IMG/VR virus record: IMGVR_UViG_3300026521_000466
Span: 32,001-96,000 of that record
DNA length: 64,000 nt
Reading direction: 5' to 3' (one strand)
From: a virus
Shown here piece by piece: positions 55,248-64,000 of the stretch. The translations under genes and the position numbers were made by a program. Each line of letters starts with the position of its first letter. Within the stretch, counting starts at the first letter, position 1. The notes under the pieces were generated by a model. That model was given only the letters and a program-made list of their open reading frames with translations. It made no database searches and was not told the DNA's origin.

Positions 55248-57245
55248 TTACTGAGATACGTTTACAGTAAGCTTTTTGATCGCTAGGTCAAGACCTCTAA
55301 TTCTAACTTCTGTCAGTACTGGGTTTGTAATAATGTGTTCAAAGATTGGGTTCACAAGTAGAACTGCAACTTCTGTACCATCAACAGTTCTTGTTGATTC
55401 ACTTACTACAGATGGAGTAAAGTCGAATGCACCAAAGCAGAACGGATCATGCTCTTCTTTGTTAATAGTTGCGCCTCTGTATCCAAGTAGGATAGAGTCT
55501 CTTAGAGCTTTTTCATTTGTATACTCTACTTTTGCAACGCGCCCATTGATTTCAACTTCAGATCCAAGGAATCTTTTGAATTTACTACCAGCATTTACAA
55601 CAACTTCATATGCATAGTCAGATGCTTCAATAAAGTTCTCGAAACCAGAAGAGATAGTCATTTCGTCAAATTCAAGTTCAAGAAGATCAACAATAGCAGC
55701 TTTGATACTTGTTTTTCTGCCTTCATTTTGAAGTGAGTCAAGATAATCTACCATATTCATATCAATTGGTTTGTAGTATGGTTTTACAATTGTTTGCACC
55801 GGACCATCAAATACAACAGACAGAGGATTGTTTGTTTTTGCATATGTCTCTTTCGCTTCTTTCAGGAAATTGATCAGTGTCATATATCCAGAGTGTCTGT
55901 TTTGAGTTTTTTGTCCAGCAATAAGACCTTTCATAAAGTCGGCATCTGTATTTTCAAGTGTGCCGTTAAGACCACCGATAGGAGCTTTTGTATAGAAAGG
56001 TGTTTTTGCTCTTATTCCATATGTAGAACCAACACCCTGCGATGTGAGGTAGAGACCTTTGATTCTTCTGTTGTCATTTTTGAATCTTGTGTCGATCAGA
56101 TACCCATTCTCTGCCGGCTTATACTTAGCAAATGCATCTTTAAGATTGGAGTATACTCGGCTTGACTCATCAACTGGACCAGCTGCGGTAGTTGCGCCTG
56201 CAAGTGTAAATTCTGTTACTTTAACATCAAACTCTTTTGTTCTAAGGTTACCAGAACCGATAACTTGAACATCGACGAGTGCATTCAGTGAGTTTGCAAA
56301 ACCTGCAAAAATATTGTTGTCATCACCTGTAATAAGTTTCCATTGTTTTACAGGGATACTTACTCTCTTGTTAAAGATAACTTCAACATCATGCTCGTCA
56401 CCAGTTGCAGTGCCACGCCATTTAACGCCCTGGTAGTCTTTAACGCTGTATTCAAATCTGTCTGTATTATCAGCGTCAGAGAATGTCAAGTACAGTTTAT
56501 CAAGAACAACTGTGTCATCAAGAATATCTGTGTTGTTAAGCACGCCTTTTGAAAGCAGCACTTGATCTTGTGCAACATATCCGAGAGGAATCTTCTTACC
56601 TGCTTTGAATGGAGAAGTTGTTACTTCCTTACCGTTAAGTGGGCTTTTCACAGTAATAGTATAGTTTGCTGCAAGGAACTCTTCTGTATCCGAAGTTTTT
56701 ACTGGGATCAATCTGAGTTTATCTTCACCGAACGGAGAGCTCTCTGCATCGTTCATGAACTCGATGATAGATCTTTTGTTCTCTTTGATAGATTCAAATG
56801 TTGTATCTGTTACTTTATAGTCATCGATAACATAGATTGTTCTTACAACGACTCTGATTGTTCTGTATTTAGGGTTGTTCACATATGTAGGGAACAATGC
56901 TTCAAGGTATGCATCTTGCTTTGAACCGAATGTATTGAATGCAAGAGTTGTAGCCACTTCAACATCTGTTCTTGGCATAGTGAAATGCTCAAGGTTAAAA
57001 TTAGATGCTTTAGTGCCTTGGAGCTGTACTTCTTTAACACCTGTTGGAAGCTCTGCATCTTTTGAATAACATGCTGAACCTAGAAGTACTGGGGCGAGTG
57101 CGTTATTAACTGTGTCGCTTTCGAGGTTCGCATCCATTCTTGCGATGTCTGTAACCAATCTTTCACCTTCTGATGCGGTGATGCCTTTTGCAAAATCAAT
57201 ACCTGAATCGGCAACAGCTTTTGCTATGTTTAGTAAATGGGACAT
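55248..57245 (-). CDS. Major capsid protein (phiKZ gp120-like)
   Basis: FN..GSKQDAYLEALFPT, N.NRR..G, FG, V.P...HI...PVL; divergent from DnaB as in phiKZ; N-terminal NLE sites. Confidence 0.8.
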   Translation of the reverse strand: MSHLLNIAKAVADSGIDFAKGITASEGERLVTDIARMDANLESDTVNNALAPVLLGSACYSKDAELPTGVKEVQLQGTKASNFNLEHFTMPRTDVEVATTLAFNTFGSKQDAYLEALFPTYVNNPKYRTIRVVVRTIYVIDDYKVTDTTFESIKENKRSIIEFMNDAESSPFGEDKLRLIPVKTSDTEEFLAANYTITVKSPLNGKEVTTSPFKAGKKIPLGYVAQDQVLLSKGVLNNTDILDDTVVLDKLYLTFSDADNTDRFEYSVKDYQGVKWRGTATGDEHDVEVIFNKRVSIPVKQWKLITGDDNNIFAGFANSLNALVDVQVIGSGNLRTKEFDVKVTEFTLAGATTAAGPVDESSRVYSNLKDAFAKYKPAENGYLIDTRFKNDNRRIKGLYLTSQGVGSTYGIRAKTPFYTKAPIGGLNGTLENTDADFMKGLIAGQKTQNRHSGYMTLINFLKEAKETYAKTNNPLSVVFDGPVQTIVKPYYKPIDMNMVDYLDSLQNEGRKTSIKAAIVDLLELEFDEMTISSGFENFIEASDYAYEVVVNAGSKFKRFLGSEVEINGRVAKVEYTNEKALRDSILLGYRGATINKEEHDPFCFGAFDFTPSVVSESTRTVDGTEVAVLLVNPIFEHIITNPVLTEVRIRGLDLAIKKLTVNVSQ

Positions 57246-57338
57246 TATATTCCTTTGTATAAATTTTGTCGTAAACTTTTTTAAACTTGACTAACTTTTA
57301 TAAACAAGCACGTCTTGTTCATTAAATAGTTAAAATGA

Positions 57339-57785
57339 TTAATAGTACGCTTTCGATTTCGGTTGTCTATAAACCGCAGCGGCTTTCATAGAGATATAGT
57401 TTGAGAGCAGTGTAGAGTCTAATATTTCCGGGTCAGAGTGTTCTCCATAAAAGTCTACATATGCTTTAAGTATGCTGTATATTGATGCTAACGATTTGTT
57501 TTTCAAAATATCAACATCCTCATCCGGAATAACTACGACTTCTCCATCGTATTTATACCCAGCGCCTTTACTTGGAAGTCCTTCCATATAGATAGGATTA
57601 TTGTTCGTAACAATCATGGTTCTCGTCATTTGTGTGGTAAACATAGTTTTCAAAGTATCCATTATCTCTTTATCATGTTTGGAGATATGTCTTTCCAAAT
57701 CTGACAGGTCAACATCCAGTTGACCTTTTACTTCAAATATCGATTTTGGCATTATATATTGTATATTCATAGCGATCCTTTTCAT
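57339..57785 (-). CDS. Hypothetical protein (phiKZ gp119 position)
   Basis: 148 aa between MCP and DnaB. Confidence 0.65.
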   Translation of the reverse strand: MKRIAMNIQYIMPKSIFEVKGQLDVDLSDLERHISKHDKEIMDTLKTMFTTQMTRTMIVTNNNPIYMEGLPSKGAGYKYDGEVVVIPDEDVDILKNKSLASIYSILKAYVDFYGEHSDPEILDSTLLSNYISMKAAAVYRQPKSKAYY

Positions 57786-57854
57786 AGTGATTTTTAGTTC
57801 ATATAAAATTAATCATTGAGTGCTATTTATCTGAAATCAGAGAAGGAGAAAAAT

Positions 57855-59393
57855 ATGCCAATCACTATATTGATAGATGCAATTCTACTATTATTAAAAG
57901 AATCTAAAGTACATATGGAGAATAGTAGTGTAAATAAAATAAGAAATCTATTGGGGCTAAAAACGAATAAAAATGATAAATGGGTTTTAGGGGATGAAGA
58001 TGTAACATCAAAATTGATAAATATAATTAACGAACTATTAGACAATATTGAACATGAAGAACCCATTAATGTAGATAGTGTCTTAAGACGCATACGATTG
58101 GAGATAGTAGAAGATGATGAGCTGACTGGCGATGATTCTCTAAAAGAAACTATCGTCGGTATGCTTGAGTCTGCAAAGATACAAAAAAGCTTTGACGAGG
58201 AGATGAACGACATCAATACATTGAGTAGATCATTGACTATTTTCTTTACAAGAGAAAAACTAAAGAATGTCTGCAAAAATGTGAATTTAGAATTAACAAG
58301 AAATAAAACAAGAAATCCTTATAAAACAATGACGTCTCTATTAACAGAACTGGATAATTTATCTACAACAGCAACTGATATTGATGAGGAGATATTGGAG
58401 TTTAGTTCAGAAGATGTACATGACGATAAAAAAATGAATGAATTGACAAACACAATTAAGAAGAAACATATATTCAGAACAGGGTATATAGATTATAACT
58501 TAATGTTACAAGGCGGCATAAGAGTACCTGAAGCAAAAATCAATGCGGCACTAACACATAACTATAAAACAGGGTGGATACTATCAGTATGGGTATCTAT
58601 ATTATTATATAATAAACCCAAACCCACAGAAAAGAAACCATTGGCAGTATGGTTCAGTATGGAAGATGAAGTAATTGATATTATGGCATTTATCTATAGA
58701 CAAATAATGGTAACAGAAACAGGCAAAGTTGTAGATTATCCTGATATGGACCCGAAAGAGCTATTAAGATGGGTTAACAAAAGACTAACTGCCAATGGAT
58801 GGAATGTAAAAATAGTAAGAATAAAAAATCCATCAGATTATACATATAGAGATTTAATAAACAAAGTTAAAAAATATAGAGCCGCAGGGTATGATATACA
58901 GGCATGTGTAACTGATTATGCAGATAAGTTATCGACCGAAGGAATTAAATCAACAGGGCCTGTAGGTAGCGATAAGAAAGAGTTAGTGAGAAGATTGAGA
59001 AACTTTTTCTCTTCAATAGATTGTTGGTGGGACACACCTTGGCAGCTGAACCCTGCCGCCGGGGATCTTAGAAAAAGTGGAGTGGAGGATTCAGATTTCC
59101 TAAACTATGTTCATAATAGAGGATATTATCAGGGGGTAACAACTCTTGGTAATGAGATGGACCTTGAAATATTCACACATATAGTAAAAACAAAAAACAA
59201 TGGTGATTGGCTACACATAAGAAGAGGAAAGCATAAGATACCATCAATAGTAAATAAAAAATACCAATCTATGTATTTGCCATTTCCTTCTGATGGACCA
59301 ATTCCATTTGATTTACAGAGAGGGGAACCTATAAGCAGAAACAGCGTTAAAGAGGATAATGTATTTTACTCAATGACATCGGACCTAGTCTAA
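57855..59393 (+). CDS. dnaB: DnaB-like replicative helicase (phiKZ gp118-like)
   Basis: N.MLQGG.R, ALTHNYKTG (Walker A variant), SMED, DY, TPWQL, E.DLE, RGKH; ATG at 57855 behind AAGGAG. Confidence 0.88.
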   Translation: MPITILIDAILLLLKESKVHMENSSVNKIRNLLGLKTNKNDKWVLGDEDVTSKLINIINELLDNIEHEEPINVDSVLRRIRLEIVEDDELTGDDSLKETIVGMLESAKIQKSFDEEMNDINTLSRSLTIFFTREKLKNVCKNVNLELTRNKTRNPYKTMTSLLTELDNLSTTATDIDEEILEFSSEDVHDDKKMNELTNTIKKKHIFRTGYIDYNLMLQGGIRVPEAKINAALTHNYKTGWILSVWVSILLYNKPKPTEKKPLAVWFSMEDEVIDIMAFIYRQIMVTETGKVVDYPDMDPKELLRWVNKRLTANGWNVKIVRIKNPSDYTYRDLINKVKKYRAAGYDIQACVTDYADKLSTEGIKSTGPVGSDKKELVRRLRNFFSSIDCWWDTPWQLNPAAGDLRKSGVEDSDFLNYVHNRGYYQGVTTLGNEMDLEIFTHIVKTKNNGDWLHIRRGKHKIPSIVNKKYQSMYLPFPSDGPIPFDLQRGEPISRNSVKEDNVFYSMTSDLV

Positions 59394-59406
59394 GCTAGGT
59401 CCGATG
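59377..59406. terminator. Inverted repeat at convergent junction
   Basis: catcggacctag/ctaggtccgatg, with overlapping stops in the loop. Confidence 0.65.
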
Positions 59407-60544
59407 CTCTGTCTAACACGATTAACGCGTCTTTTAAAAGTGCATATCTATCAATGATTGAAGTCATTGCAAGATCATGTAGATCAAGATAAACGCTCTT
59501 ATATTTTTTATAGTTCGGGGATGCGAAGTTTGCCATGCTGTACTTTTGCATTTTTGTCAAATCTTTAGTAAGTTTATCCAACTCTTTAGTTATCTCAGAA
59601 GTGAGGTCCTTTGCTACAGATATAGAGAGTATGTTTTTAAACTCTACCGGCTCTTCAAACTTAAGTATTCGTTTGCCAGTTACTCTCTTCAGCTTAAAGA
59701 CGTTATCTACTATAGTAGCGTCAACCGCACCTACCATTAAAACAAGCACGCCATCTTTATAGGGGCTTGATATAAATGTTTTTATGGACCGGTCTTTAAT
59801 GCTATTTATTTCTGTTTTTGAAAAATCAGATTCTTTATAGATAAAATCAATGACTGAAACATCAGCTTTATTTTGCTCAAGATTCTTCCATAGCAAATCA
59901 CGGATATCTCTAAGTGTACTCTCAGTAACATCCTCGCTGTTTAATATATCATAACATTTCATCACATCATCAATATGACCGCTATCTCTCTTCAAGGAGG
60001 ATATTAGTGCAGTTATACTGTCTATCTTATTGATAGCGATATATGATCTAAACGAACGCTCGACAAAATCATAATCGGATTGTTTAAGTTCAATATTGTG
60101 TCTTATGGAATTCTTAAATATATTTTTCAAAGTATCTATCTGGCTTTTACCTTTTACAGATTGAGTCAATCTCTTACTGAAATCAAATACTGAGTTTGTC
60201 GTTTTGGTTATTTTGGCAGCCAGTGCGTCTTTTATCTTTTTCATAGCCGATACACCCTCCATATTTAACATAGAGATAGCTACATCTTTGTCCTGATACT
60301 CTTTTGATAAAAGGGAAGTATCTACATTAGCAACTTCACCAAGCATAATTATTGTACTTGACAATACATTAAGTGTATCTAGCTGAACTCCCTCGGACTC
60401 AAGATTTGAATCCATAAAATCTTTAACTGCCGCACACTTATCAAACAACTGCACACTGACCTGATGATCTTTTGCAGCGTCCAATACAGAACCAATGTCT
60501 ATATTATATACTTCATCTTTACTTATTAGACTAGAAAGTCTCAT
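59390..60544 (-). CDS. Probable internal head protein
   Basis: SNLES and LNMEG motifs followed by an amphipathic helix. Confidence 0.5.
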   Translation of the reverse strand: MRLSSLISKDEVYNIDIGSVLDAAKDHQVSVQLFDKCAAVKDFMDSNLESEGVQLDTLNVLSSTIIMLGEVANVDTSLLSKEYQDKDVAISMLNMEGVSAMKKIKDALAAKITKTTNSVFDFSKRLTQSVKGKSQIDTLKNIFKNSIRHNIELKQSDYDFVERSFRSYIAINKIDSITALISSLKRDSGHIDDVMKCYDILNSEDVTESTLRDIRDLLWKNLEQNKADVSVIDFIYKESDFSKTEINSIKDRSIKTFISSPYKDGVLVLMVGAVDATIVDNVFKLKRVTGKRILKFEEPVEFKNILSISVAKDLTSEITKELDKLTKDLTKMQKYSMANFASPNYKKYKSVYLDLHDLAMTSIIDRYALLKDALIVLDRASDLA

Positions 60545-60545
60545 A

Positions 60546-60965
60546 TTATCTCCTATCTAACGAACGCACATACTGAGTCAGTACGAGAAGAGTAGCTCTT
60601 GACGCTATGTGCTTTGTAGTAAACCCTCGCAGGTATTTATATAGGGAGATTGCACTATACTCTTTTAGTACATTGATATACTCTCCTCTAAAACTTTCAG
60701 TGTCGTCAGAAACAGCAACCTCTTCTCTACTAAGTGCATCTGTTACAAACACTTCAAGACCCATGTCAACTCCCTCTTTAATAGTGTTCAAGACAGATTT
60801 GACAGCATATTTTTGAGTGCCATACATATTGAATGTTACACCGTTCTCTATTTCCGAAAATGGACTATGTGGATTCAGATTTGTATTCTTGAAGAACTCG
60901 GAAAGCGTATCGAGAAAATCCATAGAGGTAGTTTTCTCACTGTATAAATATTCATATACGTCCAT
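60546..60965 (-). CDS. Hypothetical protein
   Basis: 139 aa, GGAGG RBS, coupled. Confidence 0.7.
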   Translation of the reverse strand: MDVYEYLYSEKTTSMDFLDTLSEFFKNTNLNPHSPFSEIENGVTFNMYGTQKYAVKSVLNTIKEGVDMGLEVFVTDALSREEVAVSDDTESFRGEYINVLKEYSAISLYKYLRGFTTKHIASRATLLVLTQYVRSLDRR

Positions 60966-61847
60966 CTATTCCTCCAGTTTTCTTATTTTTGCATCGTACT
61001 TCTTCACTCTCTCTTCGTAGTACTCGATCTGCTTATCTATAGTGGTAGACACATCACCTCTCTCCTGCTTCTCTTTAAGCTGGATAAGCTTATACTCGGT
61101 GATACGTTTCATATCTCTATATCTAGCTGCTCTTTTAAGTTCAAAGTCCACCCACCATTTACCGAGGAAATAAAATGGATTTCCGTTAAATGAATTTGAT
61201 GGAAGACTAAAAGACAGATCATAGTCACTTGCCACTTCTCTTAATACTGTTTTATCAACATTGATTTGGACGTCGGATAGATCAGCTATCCTTCCATAGA
61301 TGCCTTTCCCGACACTGAGAGACTTCATAATAGTATCAAAATTACTACCACCGCCCAATACTCTTTTTGTGAAATTAGGATAAATTACATTCTTTTCACC
61401 ATTTAACTCATATACAATAAATGTCATAAGATCGGAGAGATAACCTATAGCGCCGTCCAACTGAGATGCTAGCGTGAGAATGGCAGACTGTCTAATCGTG
61501 ATATTATCTGTAACCAATACATTTGGCATAAATTCATCAATTAGTGTCTTTGCATCTTCCACTCCGACAGACAACCTTGTTGCATATTCTTTCATAGAGG
61601 AGATGAAATCCTCTTTGTTTCTTGCTTTAAAATGCACAAGCTTCAATACTTTCATAAGAGTCTTTTCATCGATCGTGCCGTCTTTTACATACACTTCCAT
61701 TTTCTCGATGGTCGGAAATATATTCTCTTTCAGTGTTGTTGAAAGATTCTCCATACCAAGTAATAACTCACTCTTCTTAATAACATCCACATCTTTCCCA
61801 TTAATGGCATCTTTAAACCATTGCATTACGCCTGTTAGCATATTCAT
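60966..61847 (-). CDS. Virion (head) structural protein, phiKZ-like conserved
   Basis: GNPFY..GKW.......R......EYKL.QL......QIEYYE.R coiled-coil C-terminus. Confidence 0.6.
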   Translation of the reverse strand: MNMLTGVMQWFKDAINGKDVDVIKKSELLLGMENLSTTLKENIFPTIEKMEVYVKDGTIDEKTLMKVLKLVHFKARNKEDFISSMKEYATRLSVGVEDAKTLIDEFMPNVLVTDNITIRQSAILTLASQLDGAIGYLSDLMTFIVYELNGEKNVIYPNFTKRVLGGGSNFDTIMKSLSVGKGIYGRIADLSDVQINVDKTVLREVASDYDLSFSLPSNSFNGNPFYFLGKWWVDFELKRAARYRDMKRITEYKLIQLKEKQERGDVSTTIDKQIEYYEERVKKYDAKIRKLEE

Positions 61848-61853
61848 TCCTTC

Positions 61854-62918
61854 TTAGTAGTTTTTGCTTAGCAAGAATTCAAGTATCTCACTATTTTTAT
61901 CTCCACCCGTTGAGAGTGATTTATAGGTTACAGTAATAGAATCAGTAAAGTCATGTAGATAGAACTCAGCTAGACTAAAATCATCATTCATCACAACTAG
62001 GGTAGATGATTTTGAATTTTCCAATACTTTATCTCTGTATTTTTGTTTATCAAGGGAGCCACCAATGATCTTTTCGATATCTTCTCTGTCTCTTTCTGTA
62101 ATAACCATCATCTGATAATAACGTGCAAAGCCGAGTGCTTGATTTGTAACTAACTTCATAGTACTGGTTCGCTGTCTATCTTCAAGAGCCTTGAGTATTT
62201 CATCTTTATCTTTCAATCTGTTCTTTTTGTAGTTACGTACCATGTCTCTTGCAAATATAAAATTACCTATTGATACAGCACCTGCCATCATATCATCCAC
62301 TCTACTCCAGAACCCATATTTATCGGACCCTGTTTCTATCAATTTAATAATATTTACACTAGAGACATATTTCACACCCATAGCGACCAGCACTTTAATA
62401 GTTACCACTTCATCTTTTTTCTTTCCTACTTTAGCAGTAAGTTCCAGTTGTCTAAAGACTCTTTCGATGCCTTTCTTTGAATTTTCCATGTTATGGCTTT
62501 TGAAAGGATGGATAAGGGAGTCATCTTGTAATTTCACCATCATATCAGATACTACTACTTTCACACCATCTTCAGACTCCATATTCAACGCTTTGGAGTA
62601 AAAATCTTTACTGGATATCATCTTCATAGCAAATGAAGCATCAAATCCATATACTGAAAGCAATACATCGAAAACCTGTTTTGTAGTGGATGCGAATATT
62701 TCAGCAAGTGCAGTCTCAACATCTTTTATATGGCTATTTCCCTTAAGCGATTCGCTAATAACTACTTGTGGTTCCAGTACATACTGTGATAAAAATTTAT
62801 TGGCGGAGCCTTTAGACAGAATCAAGTCTATCTCTCTCTTGTTTTTCGGGTCATCTGTTTCATAATCTGTCATTACTTTTGCTACACTCAGTAGCGCATT
62901 TGTAATAGTGCTGAACAT
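61854..62918 (-). CDS. Virion (head) structural protein (phiKZ gp89-like)
   Basis: S...F.....LEP.V.IS..L, R.....AG.......IFA.D.V..Y; LNMES and HNMEN sites. Confidence 0.6.
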   Translation of the reverse strand: MFSTITNALLSVAKVMTDYETDDPKNKREIDLILSKGSANKFLSQYVLEPQVVISESLKGNSHIKDVETALAEIFASTTKQVFDVLLSVYGFDASFAMKMISSKDFYSKALNMESEDGVKVVVSDMMVKLQDDSLIHPFKSHNMENSKKGIERVFRQLELTAKVGKKKDEVVTIKVLVAMGVKYVSSVNIIKLIETGSDKYGFWSRVDDMMAGAVSIGNFIFARDMVRNYKKNRLKDKDEILKALEDRQRTSTMKLVTNQALGFARYYQMMVITERDREDIEKIIGGSLDKQKYRDKVLENSKSSTLVVMNDDFSLAEFYLHDFTDSITVTYKSLSTGGDKNSEILEFLLSKNY

Positions 62919-63001
62919 TTATTATCCTTTTGTCTCAGTTTAAGTATTTCATAAAATTATGTTTTTACCGCAATTCAATGATTATTTAAACGGAGATGAA
63001 C

Positions 63002-64000
63002 ATGATAGACAGTAAAATTAATGACGCGTATCAAGACGCACTTAGAGTTCATACGATATATAAAGAGGAAGATTTACGATTTACAAATATAGTTAAAGGT
63101 ATCTCAAATACACAACAAGTCATCATGCCTGAAGCGGACAGTGATGACATGACCTTTTATTTTTTTACCAGGCCTATGATGAATCTAACTGACTATAATT
63201 TGTATCGAGATAGACTGACAGTTGCATACCAAGATACATCCAACATGGGAGTAAATAATTATATTAGAAGATTGTTAGATCCAAAATATGATAAAGAAGC
63301 AAAAGACAAAAATCCGTTAATGGATTCCAATAGTCCATTCATTAATGTATTTTCAAATACTCTACTGACTGCAAGTGGATGGCCTGACCAGGTAATTGAT
63401 TCCTGGGTTTCTCCTGATGGTCAGAATAAAATAAAATGGGGATACTCTGTAGGTTCAAACAGAGTACATAGAGAGTTTGAAATGGATTTAAAGTTTTTTA
63501 ATATCAAAGAGGAAATAGTAACTAGAATCATAGATATAATGGGCACATACCAATCAAACGTTTCCACTGGAGTATTCTATCCATCAAACAATGCAATGAT
63601 GAATAGATATATAGACTATCAAATAGGAGTATACGTTATAGTTACAACTTATAACTATAAGATAAAGAAGATTGCTAAAACTATTGGTCATTTTATTGCA
63701 AACTCCAAAGGTGTCTATTTTGACTACGATAGAAAACAGTTAAAAACACAACAAAACCCTACATTTTCTACACGATTAAAATGTTTTAACGCATGGTATA
63801 ATGATCCTATACTACTGATGGATTTCAATAGAACAGTAATGGCAATGAACCCTGCCGTAAAAGCTATGGTAAAAGACGGGAGCAAAGAGGTGGTAGAAGT
63901 TCCAAAAAATCTGAGGACTGTATTTCAAAATGAAGGTGTCCCGTTCATTGATATGAAGTACAACACTTTGGAATGGCTAATACCAAAAACAAAATATGAC
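63002..64000 (+). CDS. Virion structural protein (phiKZ gp88-like), truncated at window end
   Basis: Manual translation MIDSKINDAY...FFTRPMMNL...LLDP...SGWPD...; GGAG RBS; no stop seen before 64000. Confidence 0.7.
   Translation, partial: MIDSKINDAYQDALRVHTIYKEEDLRFTNIVKGISNTQQVIMPEADSDDMTFYFFTRPMMNLTDYNLYRDRLTVAYQDTSNMGVNNYIRRLLDPKYDKEAKDKNPLMDSNSPFINVFSNTLLTASGWPDQVIDSWVSPDGQNKIKWGYSVGSNRVHREFEMDLKFFNIKEEIVTRIIDIMGTYQSNVSTGVFYPSNNAMMNRYIDYQIGVYVIVTTYNYKIKKIAKTIGHFIANSKGVYFDYDRKQLKTQQNPTFSTRLKCFNAWYNDPILLMDFNRTVMAMNPAVKAMVKDGSKEVVEVPKNLRTVFQNEGVPFIDMKYNTLEWLIPKTKYD

Noticed and set aside
1-64000. Stop-codon reassignment, introns or inteins
   Set aside because: Genes tile densely under the standard code with all three stops used; RNAP, helicase and capsid ORFs show no interruption or intein motifs.
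1-64000. CRISPR array, tRNA genes, IS elements, chimallin/PhuZ
   Set aside because: No regularly spaced repeats, cloverleafs, transposases or recognisable ChmA/tubulin seen; nucleus formation is inferred only from the PicA-, ChmC- and nvRNAP-like genes.

Overview
An AT-rich (roughly 30% GC by eye), gene-dense window from a phiKZ-like jumbo phage (Chimalliviridae-type). It holds a partial GroEL-like chaperonin, RuvC, portal, major capsid protein, DnaB-like helicase, UvsX/RecA, an SbcD/Mre11 nuclease, a dimeric dUTPase, a diverged ThyX-like protein and an SF2 helicase. It also holds one virion and three non-virion RNA polymerase subunits, probable homologues of the phage-nucleus proteins ChmC and PicA/Imp1, many head and baseplate proteins, and a tail-fibre module. 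phiKZ orthology calls come from recalled motifs and synteny, not from a search, and chimallin itself is not in the window. Patterns visible directly in the sequence: (1) ten copies of a TATATTATT early-type promoter on the minus strand; (2) an inverted repeat without a U-tract at all nine convergent gene junctions; (3) an N-[L/M]-E motif enriched in head proteins, probably a variant prohead-protease site; (4) several small ORFs missed by the ORF track. The most notable item is a ~430-nt GC-rich, apparently non-coding and highly structured element (about 46045-46478, minus strand). It has its own promoter and terminator, lies between the nvRNAP beta' and SF2 helicase genes, and matches no RNA family I recognise.
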